Made by a program: the position numbers and the translations under genes
IMG/VR virus record: IMGVR_UViG_3300046820_003928
Span: 32,001 to 96,000 of that record
Reading direction: 5' to 3' (one strand)
Length of the DNA stretch: 64,000 nt
DNA from: a virus
The notes under the pieces: generated by a model
What the model saw: only the letters and a program-made list of their open reading frames with translations
Told to the model about the DNA's origin: nothing
Databases searched by the model: none
Part shown: one piece after another, positions 19,203-28,699 of the stretch
How positions within the stretch are numbered: the first letter of the stretch is position 1
Layout of the letters: the number at the start of each line of letters is the position of its first letter

Positions 19203-20941
19203 TATGCAGTTCGCTCTTCTGTAACAAATGTGTATTGCTTACTGTTAAATGTGACACCGCCAGCGAGATGCACTGCTATCATTGGTGCAAGCACTGCGGC
19301 AAGCTCACCACCGTCTCCCTTTACAGTTACCGCTGCTGTGCTTGTCACCGTGATTGGCTGCGGGGGTGGCGGAGTTGCAGGAACAGTAGGCGTCGGGACA
19401 GCAGGAGCGCCCGGTGCAGTTGTTGTCCCAGGGGTCCCGGGCGATGCTGGGACTGTGGGTGCAACGGGAGAAGCAGGCTCTGCTCCAGTAGCCTCGATCA
19501 GTCTCTGATTTAATATCGAAATTGCTTTTCTTAACTCTGCTTGTGACTTAATTGCAGCATCTTTCACACCCCCGAGGCTTTTAATCATTTCTTCATTTGT
19601 AGAAATGATAGCACTGCTCTGTGTCCCTATGCTTTCTGCTGTTTGAAGTGATGCTGCTGCTGCTTGTGTCTTTAGCTCAAGAAGGCTTGCAACGTTTTCT
19701 CGGGCTTTCTTTTGAGAATCAGCAAGGGAGTTTAGAAGGCGCTCAGCATCTGCCTGTGTGGTCTCCTCTATCTTGTCTTCAAGTCCAATGCTAGCGCCTG
19801 TGATAGATTCGATGTTCTCATTCATCAGACGCTGTAAGACGCGAGGATCGAGTCCGAAAGCCTGAGAAAGCTGACGCTGCTGAATCAGGTTCAGCTCATC
19901 AAACTGAATTCCTTGCGCTTCAAGTTGCTCGCGCAAATCAACAACAAATGCCTCGGGATCTTCATTTGCAAGCCTGAAGAGTTCCAGAGTATCAAGTGTG
20001 GCTCCAGTAATCGCAGAAAAATTGCTCATTGCCTGTGTGGCAGCATCAAAGCTTTGAAATTTTCCAACAACAGAAGTCAGGTCTGATAGATTCAATCCAA
20101 GGTTGTTTAGTGTAACTGTAAGAGAAGCAGCACGAGCTTCAGTAATATCACCGAACGTGTTGAAATCACGCATCACGTCGATCATCGACTTTGAGACCTT
20201 CTCCGCAGATAGGCCCGTCGCTTTGACTGTTGCTGCAACAGCAGTCTCATATTTGCTAAGTGCTTCTCCCGTTATTTCTCCCGCCTCAGAAAGCTCATTT
20301 TGAAAGATTAGATTGATATCTCTTGCATCCAGCCTCAGCGCTGTTTGAGCGCGTGTGATGCCTCGAACCATGTCTGCGTTGTCAGCTGTTAGAGACTCAG
20401 CAGCAAACTTATAAAGACGGGTATCATTGAGAAGTGCAGCAGAGTAATTTCCTAGCTGTTCCTTGGCACCACCAAAGAGAAGCCCGCTTGTCTTGATCAC
20501 ATTTCCCGATGCGTCTATGAATTCTGTCTGTGAATCTGCAAGTGTGTTCACAAGATCAAAGGAGTTCTGTGAAAACTTCCCAAGTGCTTGATCAGACGCA
20601 ATACCCAGCGATTCAAATGAAGCAGCTGTTAAACCCGTTACCTTGGATATCTCGTTTGAGGTCTCTACAGTTCCCTTGGCAAGGCCCTCGACTGTTCCAA
20701 GTGCCTCATTGAGTGCACTAATTGGAATACTTACAGCTTTTATTGCAGCAGTTTCAACGCCCAATGCTGGCAATGTAGTTGCAAAAGACCTGAGAGAATC
20801 GATGATCTCTTTTCCAGGAACGCTCTTGATAACGTCTGAGAATTCTGAGGCTGCTCCAATTAGAGTGTCAAATTCTTTGCTAAGGGAATCCAGAACCGCT
20901 GAAATCCCGGATTGGGTGCTTGTATCATTAGGGTCTGCCAT
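19202..20941 (-). CDS. Tape measure protein
   Basis: Ala/Leu/Ser-rich helical 579 aa, Pro-rich C-terminal linker, directly after tail tube and chaperone-like genes. Confidence 0.7.
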   Translation of the reverse strand: MADPNDTSTQSGISAVLDSLSKEFDTLIGAASEFSDVIKSVPGKEIIDSLRSFATTLPALGVETAAIKAVSIPISALNEALGTVEGLAKGTVETSNEISKVTGLTAASFESLGIASDQALGKFSQNSFDLVNTLADSQTEFIDASGNVIKTSGLLFGGAKEQLGNYSAALLNDTRLYKFAAESLTADNADMVRGITRAQTALRLDARDINLIFQNELSEAGEITGEALSKYETAVAATVKATGLSAEKVSKSMIDVMRDFNTFGDITEARAASLTVTLNNLGLNLSDLTSVVGKFQSFDAATQAMSNFSAITGATLDTLELFRLANEDPEAFVVDLREQLEAQGIQFDELNLIQQRQLSQAFGLDPRVLQRLMNENIESITGASIGLEDKIEETTQADAERLLNSLADSQKKARENVASLLELKTQAAAASLQTAESIGTQSSAIISTNEEMIKSLGGVKDAAIKSQAELRKAISILNQRLIEATGAEPASPVAPTVPASPGTPGTTTAPGAPAVPTPTVPATPPPPQPITVTSTAAVTVKGDGGELAAVLAPMIAVHLAGGVTFNSKQYTFVTEERTA

Positions 20942-20950
20942 GCTAGATAA

Positions 20951-21164
20951 CTATTTGATCTGTGAGATCGGTGTGTCATCGTCAAGGCCATATTGATCTT
21001 TAGGCGCCGACTGTTTCCACAGCTGGATGAGCCTGTTTCTAAACCAGGATCGATATGATACAGGCATTCCACGCAGTGAGACATAGTCGATCTTGAGATG
21101 GTTCATTAGCAGAAACATCTCCTCAAGAATGTCTGCTCGGCTTTGTTCATTCAGGCCAAAAAAA
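20951..21164 (-). CDS. gp51-like small baseplate/tail assembly domain, probably expressed as a frameshift extension of the upstream gene
   Basis: EEMFLLMNHLKIDYVSLRGMPVSYRSWFRNRL. The frame overlaps the upstream gene's end at TTT TTT T (21158-21164). Confidence 0.6.
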
Positions 21165-21983
21165 TGCAGCACCCAGGGGCAAAGCCACCTTCGACTCAAC
21201 GCCACAAGATCTGCATTCCATATCAAGCTGCATGTCAAGACCTGGTTCTGTATCTCTCATTCGCGTCCTAAGCGCGCGGCTATCAGCTGCTGGCATCACC
21301 TTGATGAAAGCTGCGATCGCAGTCCTATCAGTCTTTCCATCGATGCTGATCACCTGGTTCTCGAGCTGTCTAGTCACCGGGTTGTTCTGGTTGGCATCCG
21401 GGAATAGGCGCTGCATTCTCTCTTTGGCAATTCTATCGTCGTCCTCGTCCTGAACTGTGAGAAGCTTAAAGACGACTCGCTTCTTTGAGACAGGTAGCAC
21501 AAACTCAAACTCGTTGGCGCCAGGAGCAACTGGATTAGATCCCATCCTCTTGATTCCGATCTGAGATAGATCGAAGGTGTAGCTGTCACTCTTGCTGCAT
21601 GCGGGACATGTTGCTGTTGCTCGATAGTCAGTTCCATATCCAGTGATTCGAATTGAGACAAGCAGCGCATTTCTGTCTCCCGATAGAAGCTCTGCGGGAT
21701 TGACACTCTTATCAATTAGGCAGTTCTTAATGAGGTGTGTCGTAACTGTCCCCTCCTTCCAGAGCGCCCTTGACATGAGGATATCCTCCTCCTGCGCTGT
21801 CATCGCCTTGATCTGCAAAGTCTCTCTGCCGTGAAGCGGACTGCCCTTAGGGTAAATCAGACCCGCAGACGGGAGCGGAACCTGCTCCACTGGAACTGTC
21901 CACCCAAAGACATCTTGAACAGGCGCTGCCCTTGGGATCTGACTAACAACTTCGCTTATTGGAACATCTGTCCGCTTTGGCAT
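21147..21983 (-). CDS. gp26-like baseplate hub assembly protein / tail assembly chaperone
   Basis: VPLPSAGLIYP, MTAQEEDIL, GDRNALL..IRITGYG, two CxxC, ends FFWPE; start reassigned to ATG 21983. Confidence 0.75.
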   Translation of the reverse strand: MPKRTDVPISEVVSQIPRAAPVQDVFGWTVPVEQVPLPSAGLIYPKGSPLHGRETLQIKAMTAQEEDILMSRALWKEGTVTTHLIKNCLIDKSVNPAELLSGDRNALLVSIRITGYGTDYRATATCPACSKSDSYTFDLSQIGIKRMGSNPVAPGANEFEFVLPVSKKRVVFKLLTVQDEDDDRIAKERMQRLFPDANQNNPVTRQLENQVISIDGKTDRTAIAAFIKVMPAADSRALRTRMRDTEPGLDMQLDMECRSCGVESKVALPLGAAFFWPE

Positions 21984-22186
21984 CTTTGTCTCTCTTGGGC
22001 AAATAGATGCCCATATTCCCTTTATTATTAAGAGACTTAGACAGACTGTTAAACGACAATGAGCCCCAACGCACAAAGAAGCAATTCAGAGAGACGTGCA
22101 AAGCAAACCTGGTCCCGTGGCGACCAGCGCAGCTTGGGACCAGATGACTTATTAATTTGACAAAATGCTTTTGTCGAATGCTTATG

Positions 22187-22684
22187 TCAAAACTGGAGTA
22201 CGCAGTTATCAAACCGGATCGTGAGTGCGATGTCGATTGGATCATCCTGTCCGTAGTCAACTCCGTTGAAGTTTGCCGACGTCAAGAATGCTCCCTTGAT
22301 GTCCCAAAGCTCAACGACAGTTCCGATTGGATCAAGCATCTTAAGCTGGATGTCGCGCTTGTAGAAGTCAGCATATCCAGATCGCCCTGAGACTGACTCG
22401 TGGTGTGTGCGGATCCATTCCATCACCTGCTGTGAAGCAGAAGGTGCAATCGGATCGTGAAGGTTCACGTTGATTGTGTTGAATGTCAGCTTTCCCGAGA
22501 TGTAACGTTGTGTGTTCATCCAGGGAATCGTTTTATCTGTCATTGTAAACGTGGGACGAGCTGCTGACTTAATCAGAAAAGCATCGATTCCCTCGATGGC
22601 AAAGACCCATCTGTGCTTTCTCTTTGGCTCAAACTTGTTGGGGAGCATATCTGTGACAGATAGTGTCTCAGCGGACGTTGCCAT
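22187..22684 (-). CDS. Tail tube protein (gp19-like)
   Basis: FEPKRKHRW, LHDPIAPSASQQVMEW, YKRDIQLKMLDP.G.VVELW.IKGAF. Confidence 0.9.
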   Translation of the reverse strand: MATSAETLSVTDMLPNKFEPKRKHRWVFAIEGIDAFLIKSAARPTFTMTDKTIPWMNTQRYISGKLTFNTINVNLHDPIAPSASQQVMEWIRTHHESVSGRSGYADFYKRDIQLKMLDPIGTVVELWDIKGAFLTSANFNGVDYGQDDPIDIALTIRFDNCVLQF

Positions 22685-22704
22685 TTACTTCTCCTGTTAC
22701 TTTT

Positions 22705-22714
22705 TAAATATCAC
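22705..22714 (-). promoter_or_regulatory. Putative late promoter GTGATATTTA (tail tube)
   Basis: Identical 10-mer upstream of genes at 22684, 42987 and 58521. Confidence 0.7.
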
Positions 22715-22730
22715 GTTATTGTCTTTCTGA

Positions 22731-25607
22731 TCACAGATCTGTGCTGCGTCCCTTGACCTCGAAATCAATCGAGATGAACTCAGCTGTTCTTGTTGGTTGC
22801 AAGAAGATCTTGCCCCTGATAGTGTTGTTTTCGATATCTGCCTGTGTTGTTGTCGTTGTATCGATCTGAACTTTAAACCGTTCTACACCGCCGCCAGACT
22901 GGACACGCTGGAGGATGGGGTTGACAAGTGCGTTGAACTTATCAAGCGTTGCCTGTGTATTGGGCTCAAACAGGAGACTATTGGCGACCTGACGAACCTG
23001 ACGACGGATGAAGATTAGTAGTCGGCGAACGTTGATTCTGTCAAGAGCAGAAGCTGTCCGCAGCAGTGTCTTTTGTCCCCAGACGACGAATCCGCTTCCC
23101 GGGAATTCAACGAGGGGATTCAGCGATGCATCATAGAGAAGATCAAGATCATCCTGTGACAGAGATATGGAAGATCCCACGACGCTTGGAAGCGCTGCCC
23201 TGTTGTATCCTGCAGGAGCGTTCCAGTAGGATCCGATTCTGTCGTTGGCTGCAATGGCACCGAGAACTGCAACTGAGGGTGGCACAGAGCTTAGGTCGCC
23301 TGTGTCCGGATTTGAGACGGTAACGTCAGGGAAGTAAGCAGCTGCAAACGATGTGTTTAGATTTCTTCCCACGAATTGGTCAACTGTGTATGAGACATCC
23401 GGGGTATCACCAGAGCCTGTAATGACAGTGTTGAATGCATCTCTCTCTTCGATGTCCATCACGTACATTGCATCAAAGCGATTTTCAACTGCTGTGATAG
23501 CGTAGTTTGTGACTGATGGATGCCTGATTCCAGGAATTGCAAGAAGCTGAACATCAGTGTCGGACTTGCTTCCCATGATGTCAACTGCTTTCTTGTATGC
23601 AACAACAGTTGGACCAGCAGATGCCCCTCCCTGGTTTCCAGCATCGTCAATTTCACGCTTAATAGCGAGGTTTGTCAGTCTTGACTTCTGTGAGTCGAAG
23701 ATATTGACTCCATCAAATCCGCCCTGCATTATCATCTCAAAAGAGATGTACTGTGAAGTGCGAGAAGTAACGTTAGAAAGGTCGCCCACGGTTAGACCGC
23801 GTGTCTTTGTTGCATTATCTGCGATGATTCCACCTTCTCTAACGTAGACTGCAGAGGCCCATTCATTAGGATCTGCATAAGTGTTCGAAGCAGTCACAAC
23901 CTTGATGTTTTCAATGGAGAACAGGTTGTTTGCAAAATTATCTGCAGCAACAGCATCTTCTACGAAGAATTTTGCACCAGGTGCAAAAGACGGGAAGAAC
24001 TGTGTAAAGCTTCTAATTGAATCATCTTCAGCAGACGTGTAATTGTAATCAGAGAGGCTTTGGAGCTGCAGCTGAGTTCCCCAGGCGAGATCAGAGGTTG
24101 CATTTCCACCCACAACAATGTTCTTTCTCATGGGAACGGGTGGGATTGAAGCCTTCTGGATATCCGCGAGGTGGCCTGCAATCATTGTCCCAGCATCAGA
24201 CGTGTATGTGAGGATGCTACCAGAGGTGTTTAGGTATCCGTATCCTCTGTATCCAAAGGGAAGTGCATTATCTGGAACATTTCCCTGGATGACATCATCT
24301 GACATCTCAACGCGAACGTAGTTGTTTGTAACTGGGTAGTCACCTGTGATCGCAATCTTCTGGGATGCAGCTGATCTATCGAAATCAAAATATACGTGCT
24401 GATCGCCGATAACTCGGGCTATGTAGTTTACCGAGCTTGGATCCAGATTTACGCTGAATCTCTGAAGGACAACATCAGTGCTGTAATCATACACTGCAAC
24501 ATCAAAGCGACCAAAAAGGTATGCAGGATCAGCTGAGGGTATGATATTCTCGACGAGAATGCGATATTTCTCATTTGCATTCGATCCGTCTGAGAGCGCA
24601 AAGAACTTGAACAGTGGGTATCTTGTTCCGCCAAAGTCCTGGGAGACAACACTTGGCGTGTGTGGTGTTGTATATCTCTCTCTAAAGTTTTCAAAGTTTG
24701 GAACAGTTGCGTTTCCTGTATCCCGGGCAATAGAGCTTGTTGTTATGAAGACTGTATCTTGAAGTGTTGTAGATCCGATTGTGGTGGGTTTGGTGAAAAC
24801 GCCAGTACCAGTATGAACTGCGAGAGAAGTCGGAATGTCATAATACGTGTATAGACAGTGTCCTGCCTTTTCGATCAATGTTGGATCTGTGTTTAGCTTG
24901 CTTGAAATATGGTTATCTCCCACCTCAAACGATGCTGTAATGACATTGGGATACTCAGAAGTATTGATGTGACCATTTAGGAGCATCACAAATAGCGATC
25001 CGTCAATCGACAATGATCCAGTAATGCCGCCGTTCGGAGAGGAAGAGAGAGATGCAGGAGAGTTATTTGTGTTGTAGTTGCCCGACAGCGTGAGGGAGAC
25101 TCCAGATGGTGTCATAATGACACCTCTGACTATCGGGTAAGCAGTACTGTCAGATTGGAAGCCCGCTTCGCTGAAGATTGTCGATCCTGCAGACTCGGAC
25201 ATGAAGGCGCCGAGGAAGTGCGTTCTTCCTAGCGTTCCCCCGTTGTTTGCATTTGGGTTTCTTGCAACTATTCCGGAGTTCTGGACCTGCCGATCTCCGA
25301 CAACGAATCCTGCATTTGTAACCTGTCCAGTTGAGACGTCTCTCTTTAGTCCGTTTCCTGCCCCGAGTACACGCAAGTAGGTTGCCTGAGTTGCGCTGGA
25401 GAGCCACTGACTAACAGCGATTGGACCAAACCTATCGCCACTTTCACCAAACAGAGTCTTCCACTCTCCATAAGTCGTAAATGTCACAGGAACAAATGCG
25501 GGGCCTGTCTCGGCCGTTCCAACGATGCCTGCGGGAATGCCAGATGCAACTGCCCTTGCAGGTTGCGACTGGTCAATAATGCTGACTGTTACTTTTGCGC
25601 TGCCCAT
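22731..25607 (-). CDS. Tail sheath protein (gp18-like), copy 1
   Basis: GPAFVP, YLRVLG, W.APAG.NR, NPLVEFPG.GFVVWGQKTL...SALDRINVRRLL, QPTRTAEFI.IDF. Confidence 0.93.
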   Translation of the reverse strand: MGSAKVTVSIIDQSQPARAVASGIPAGIVGTAETGPAFVPVTFTTYGEWKTLFGESGDRFGPIAVSQWLSSATQATYLRVLGAGNGLKRDVSTGQVTNAGFVVGDRQVQNSGIVARNPNANNGGTLGRTHFLGAFMSESAGSTIFSEAGFQSDSTAYPIVRGVIMTPSGVSLTLSGNYNTNNSPASLSSSPNGGITGSLSIDGSLFVMLLNGHINTSEYPNVITASFEVGDNHISSKLNTDPTLIEKAGHCLYTYYDIPTSLAVHTGTGVFTKPTTIGSTTLQDTVFITTSSIARDTGNATVPNFENFRERYTTPHTPSVVSQDFGGTRYPLFKFFALSDGSNANEKYRILVENIIPSADPAYLFGRFDVAVYDYSTDVVLQRFSVNLDPSSVNYIARVIGDQHVYFDFDRSAASQKIAITGDYPVTNNYVRVEMSDDVIQGNVPDNALPFGYRGYGYLNTSGSILTYTSDAGTMIAGHLADIQKASIPPVPMRKNIVVGGNATSDLAWGTQLQLQSLSDYNYTSAEDDSIRSFTQFFPSFAPGAKFFVEDAVAADNFANNLFSIENIKVVTASNTYADPNEWASAVYVREGGIIADNATKTRGLTVGDLSNVTSRTSQYISFEMIMQGGFDGVNIFDSQKSRLTNLAIKREIDDAGNQGGASAGPTVVAYKKAVDIMGSKSDTDVQLLAIPGIRHPSVTNYAITAVENRFDAMYVMDIEERDAFNTVITGSGDTPDVSYTVDQFVGRNLNTSFAAAYFPDVTVSNPDTGDLSSVPPSVAVLGAIAANDRIGSYWNAPAGYNRAALPSVVGSSISLSQDDLDLLYDASLNPLVEFPGSGFVVWGQKTLLRTASALDRINVRRLLIFIRRQVRQVANSLLFEPNTQATLDKFNALVNPILQRVQSGGGVERFKVQIDTTTTTQADIENNTIRGKIFLQPTRTAEFISIDFEVKGRSTDL

Positions 25608-25633
25608 TTATTTGCTCCTAGACGTAAGTATTC

Positions 25634-28600
25634 TCAAACGAACTCAACGCCTGCGTTTGTGATAATGAAATCAATGGCGATGTATTCAACAGCGCGCGTT
25701 GGAACGAGTAGAATTCTACCATTAAGCTTGTTTTGCTCAATGTCTACTGCCGTGTTGTTTGTCTCGTCCATTACAACTCGGAATGCCTCTATTCCGCTCT
25801 GGCTTTGCACCAGGGTCAGCTCAGATGTAAGCTGGTTTACAAATCTTGCTCTAACAGATGCTGTATTCTGCTCAAAGACGTACTGAAGTCCGATAACTCC
25901 GACTCGTCTTGCAAGCTCAATCAGCATTCTCATGACGTTTACCCTGTCAAGAGAAGACCTTGCAATCTGGAGCGTCTTCTGACCAAATATAACGAATCCT
26001 GCGCCCGGGAAAGACGTGATGGGATTGATTCTTGCATCATAAAGACTGTCGCGATCTGCACTTGTAAGGCGTGTTGCAAGCCCTGTAACGTCAGCAAGAG
26101 AGGCTCGATTAAATCCGGCAGGTGCATACCATGGGAATGCAAGTTTGTCGTTCTGAGCGATTGCACTAAGCGCTGCAACTGAGGCTGGGACTCGAATCCT
26201 TCTGCCCGATGTGCTATCGATTAGATTCACATCTGGGAAGTATGTTGCTGCATATCTGTTATCAATTCCGCGCCCGGAGAACGCCTGAATTGTATTTGAA
26301 ACATCTGGCATATCAGTTGCGTCAAATATTCTTACGTTATCATCGTCGTAGGTTGGGATATCCATCAGATAGAAACCCCTTGCATATTGACGTGTTCTTA
26401 GGAGCGCGTAGTTTGTGATATTTGAGTCTCGAATCCCTGGGATTGTTATTGTGTTTGATGTGGAGACAAGAGGATCAGTTATGATGCTAATGGCACCCCT
26501 GTATGAATTAACCACAGAGTTTGCTGCACCTGTTCCAAAGGTGTTAGAGGTTGAGCTAATGCTCAAGCCTATATTAGGAGACGTAATTGCCTTGCCGCCT
26601 GTCTCAGAAGATGACGCCCTATCATTGAGAGCTGCCATATCCCTGTCAAGGATGTTGGTTCCATCCCATCCGCCGTACATGACGTTAGTGAATTTCGTAA
26701 AATCAGAGAACCTATTGAACTGGTAAGGTGATGTCTGAGTTGCAAGGGTTGCAAATGTTATTCTTGCTGATTCTCCTGCAAATGTCACCTTGTAGTCGGG
26801 AGCAGCTGGTGTCGCACCTCTACCGTAGAAGGCATTGATCATGTGCTGATTTACTGTTCCTGTCACGTCTGCAACAGCACCGTTATAGAATGCAACCTTT
26901 GCAAGAGTAAACTTGTTTGAACCAAAGGTATCAGCCCCAGATCCAGAGGTAAGCATATCAAGCTTCTGAATTCCTGAGAATTTTACGATGTTTTCAAGAT
27001 ACTTGCTTCGGGATGTTCCTGAGTTTGGATCAAGTGCATCAGTGACGTTTTCTGTCTTGACTCCCCAATAGAGCTGTCCATTTACAGATTCCTGCACTCC
27101 TTCTTGCCCAAAGAATGAAGGTGAACTGTCTGTCTGACCTGTGGTCACCTTGAATCTCATTGGAACAGGAGGTAGAATCGATGCAGTAAGACTCGTTGTA
27201 GCGCCTACAAGACCGAGTCTACGCGTATTACCAGAGTCAATAAGCGTATCTGATGTCTTAACAACAGGCAGACCAGTAAATCCGAAAGGAAGAGCTGCAG
27301 CTGGGACGTTTCCTGATTCAACGAGGCTATTCATTACGACTCGAACAAACCTTGAATTGTTCGGGAATCGACCTGAGGTAATGAATCTGCGCTCAGATTC
27401 AGATGCTGCATCAAAATTAAAGTATCTGCGTCTATCTCCGATCACCTTCGCAATATACCTGTCACTTGCAGGATTTAGATCGCACAAGGGGAACTGCTCA
27501 AGAATTCGAACGTCTGTATCGGAATCATAGAAGTCTCTAACAAGAACCGTAAATGTTCCATACGGATTTGCTGGATCGTCTGAACGACGCAGGTTTGAAA
27601 TAGAGATCTTAAACTTGAGGCTTGTGTCAATTCCGGATCCAATCGTCTCAACGTGGAAGAGCTCGTATTCCTTGTCGACGAATGGCTGGCTGATGAAGGG
27701 TGTTGTTCTTGCAGCCTGGAATCTTGCATCAAACTTTCCAAAACCTCTGACAAAGGGAAGCGAGGCATCACCCGTAGCTGAGGTTGAATTAGATCCGCTG
27801 ACAATTGCTACAGATCCCGCTGAGACAGTGGGTGTGGCAATTGCTGTATCGACTGGGTAGTCAGCATAAAGAAGGTGCTCACTAGACTGAAACATCTCAG
27901 GAGACGTGTTCAGAACATTAGAGATGTAGTTGCTGCTGTTTGGATCTAGAGATGCTGTATAGATTCTTAGTCCCGTATATCCATCTGCCGTTCCGAATCC
28001 GGGAGCTGAGCTCGAAATGACGATCTTAAAGTTGCCAGCGGCACTTGGCGTGGCAAGATCGTCAGAGGCATTTGAAGGTGAATATGCAACTGTGTTATCA
28101 AGAACCTGGACGCGAGTTCCGGATGCAAGCAGCAGCATGCCTCTCACAAGGTTAACAACGGAGCTTGGCGAGGCTCCCGGGAAAGAGCTGTTCTGTGTGA
28201 ATATCGGATAGGCAGCTTCGGCGTCCTGGAGCGTGTGCTTTCCTACGATAAACTGAACAAAGCCCTTGCCTCTAAGATCTGTTGCACTTGCTGCTGATCC
28301 AGAGATAACAAATCCTGCACCTACTGTCGTTCCCTTCGTCTGTGTTGTAAGAGCATCTCCAGACGATGCATTTCCACCTGCACCAAGGACTCTTACGAAG
28401 GTTAGTGCATCTCCGCTTTTGAAATATTCCTGTGCAGCATAGTATGCAGGTGATCGATCGTTCTCAACATCTCCGAAAATGGTTGTGAACTCACTCAACG
28501 ATGTTATAGTCGTTGGAACAAATGCAGGTCCCATAGGAGACGTTCCAATCAGTCCCGCAGGTGTGCCCGCGACTCCAGGAGTCGGCCCACTCTGATCTAT

Positions 28601-28645
28601 TTCAGCCTCAAAAAATCCGGGAGACCGATAGGTTACTTCTGCCAT
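25634..28645 (-). CDS. Tail sheath protein (gp18-like), copy 2
   Basis: YRSPGFFEAEIDQS, GPAFVP, PWYAPAGFNR, INPITSFPG.GFVIFGQKTL, VPTRAVEYIAIDF. Confidence 0.93.
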   Translation of the reverse strand: MAEVTYRSPGFFEAEIDQSGPTPGVAGTPAGLIGTSPMGPAFVPTTITSLSEFTTIFGDVENDRSPAYYAAQEYFKSGDALTFVRVLGAGGNASSGDALTTQTKGTTVGAGFVISGSAASATDLRGKGFVQFIVGKHTLQDAEAAYPIFTQNSSFPGASPSSVVNLVRGMLLLASGTRVQVLDNTVAYSPSNASDDLATPSAAGNFKIVISSSAPGFGTADGYTGLRIYTASLDPNSSNYISNVLNTSPEMFQSSEHLLYADYPVDTAIATPTVSAGSVAIVSGSNSTSATGDASLPFVRGFGKFDARFQAARTTPFISQPFVDKEYELFHVETIGSGIDTSLKFKISISNLRRSDDPANPYGTFTVLVRDFYDSDTDVRILEQFPLCDLNPASDRYIAKVIGDRRRYFNFDAASESERRFITSGRFPNNSRFVRVVMNSLVESGNVPAAALPFGFTGLPVVKTSDTLIDSGNTRRLGLVGATTSLTASILPPVPMRFKVTTGQTDSSPSFFGQEGVQESVNGQLYWGVKTENVTDALDPNSGTSRSKYLENIVKFSGIQKLDMLTSGSGADTFGSNKFTLAKVAFYNGAVADVTGTVNQHMINAFYGRGATPAAPDYKVTFAGESARITFATLATQTSPYQFNRFSDFTKFTNVMYGGWDGTNILDRDMAALNDRASSSETGGKAITSPNIGLSISSTSNTFGTGAANSVVNSYRGAISIITDPLVSTSNTITIPGIRDSNITNYALLRTRQYARGFYLMDIPTYDDDNVRIFDATDMPDVSNTIQAFSGRGIDNRYAATYFPDVNLIDSTSGRRIRVPASVAALSAIAQNDKLAFPWYAPAGFNRASLADVTGLATRLTSADRDSLYDARINPITSFPGAGFVIFGQKTLQIARSSLDRVNVMRMLIELARRVGVIGLQYVFEQNTASVRARFVNQLTSELTLVQSQSGIEAFRVVMDETNNTAVDIEQNKLNGRILLVPTRAVEYIAIDFIITNAGVEFV

Positions 28646-28672
28646 TTTCACTCCAAGTGCATTCTTAGCAAA

Positions 28673-28682
28673 TACATATCAC
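28673..28682 (-). promoter_or_regulatory. Putative late promoter variant GTGATATGTA
   Basis: One mismatch to GTGATATTTA, upstream of sheath copy 2. Confidence 0.6.
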
Positions 28683-28699
28683 GGAAAGCAATGAAGTGA

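Noticed and set aside
19330-19490. Pro/Thr/Ala-rich repeat-like tract
   Set aside because: Low-complexity protein linker in the TMP with no DNA-level tandem repeat.
21984-22076. 31-aa N-terminal extension of the gp26-like ORF (and similar extensions on primase and 52366-52683)
   Set aside because: Extensions run through hairpin or promoter sequence or overlap upstream genes; downstream starts fit better.
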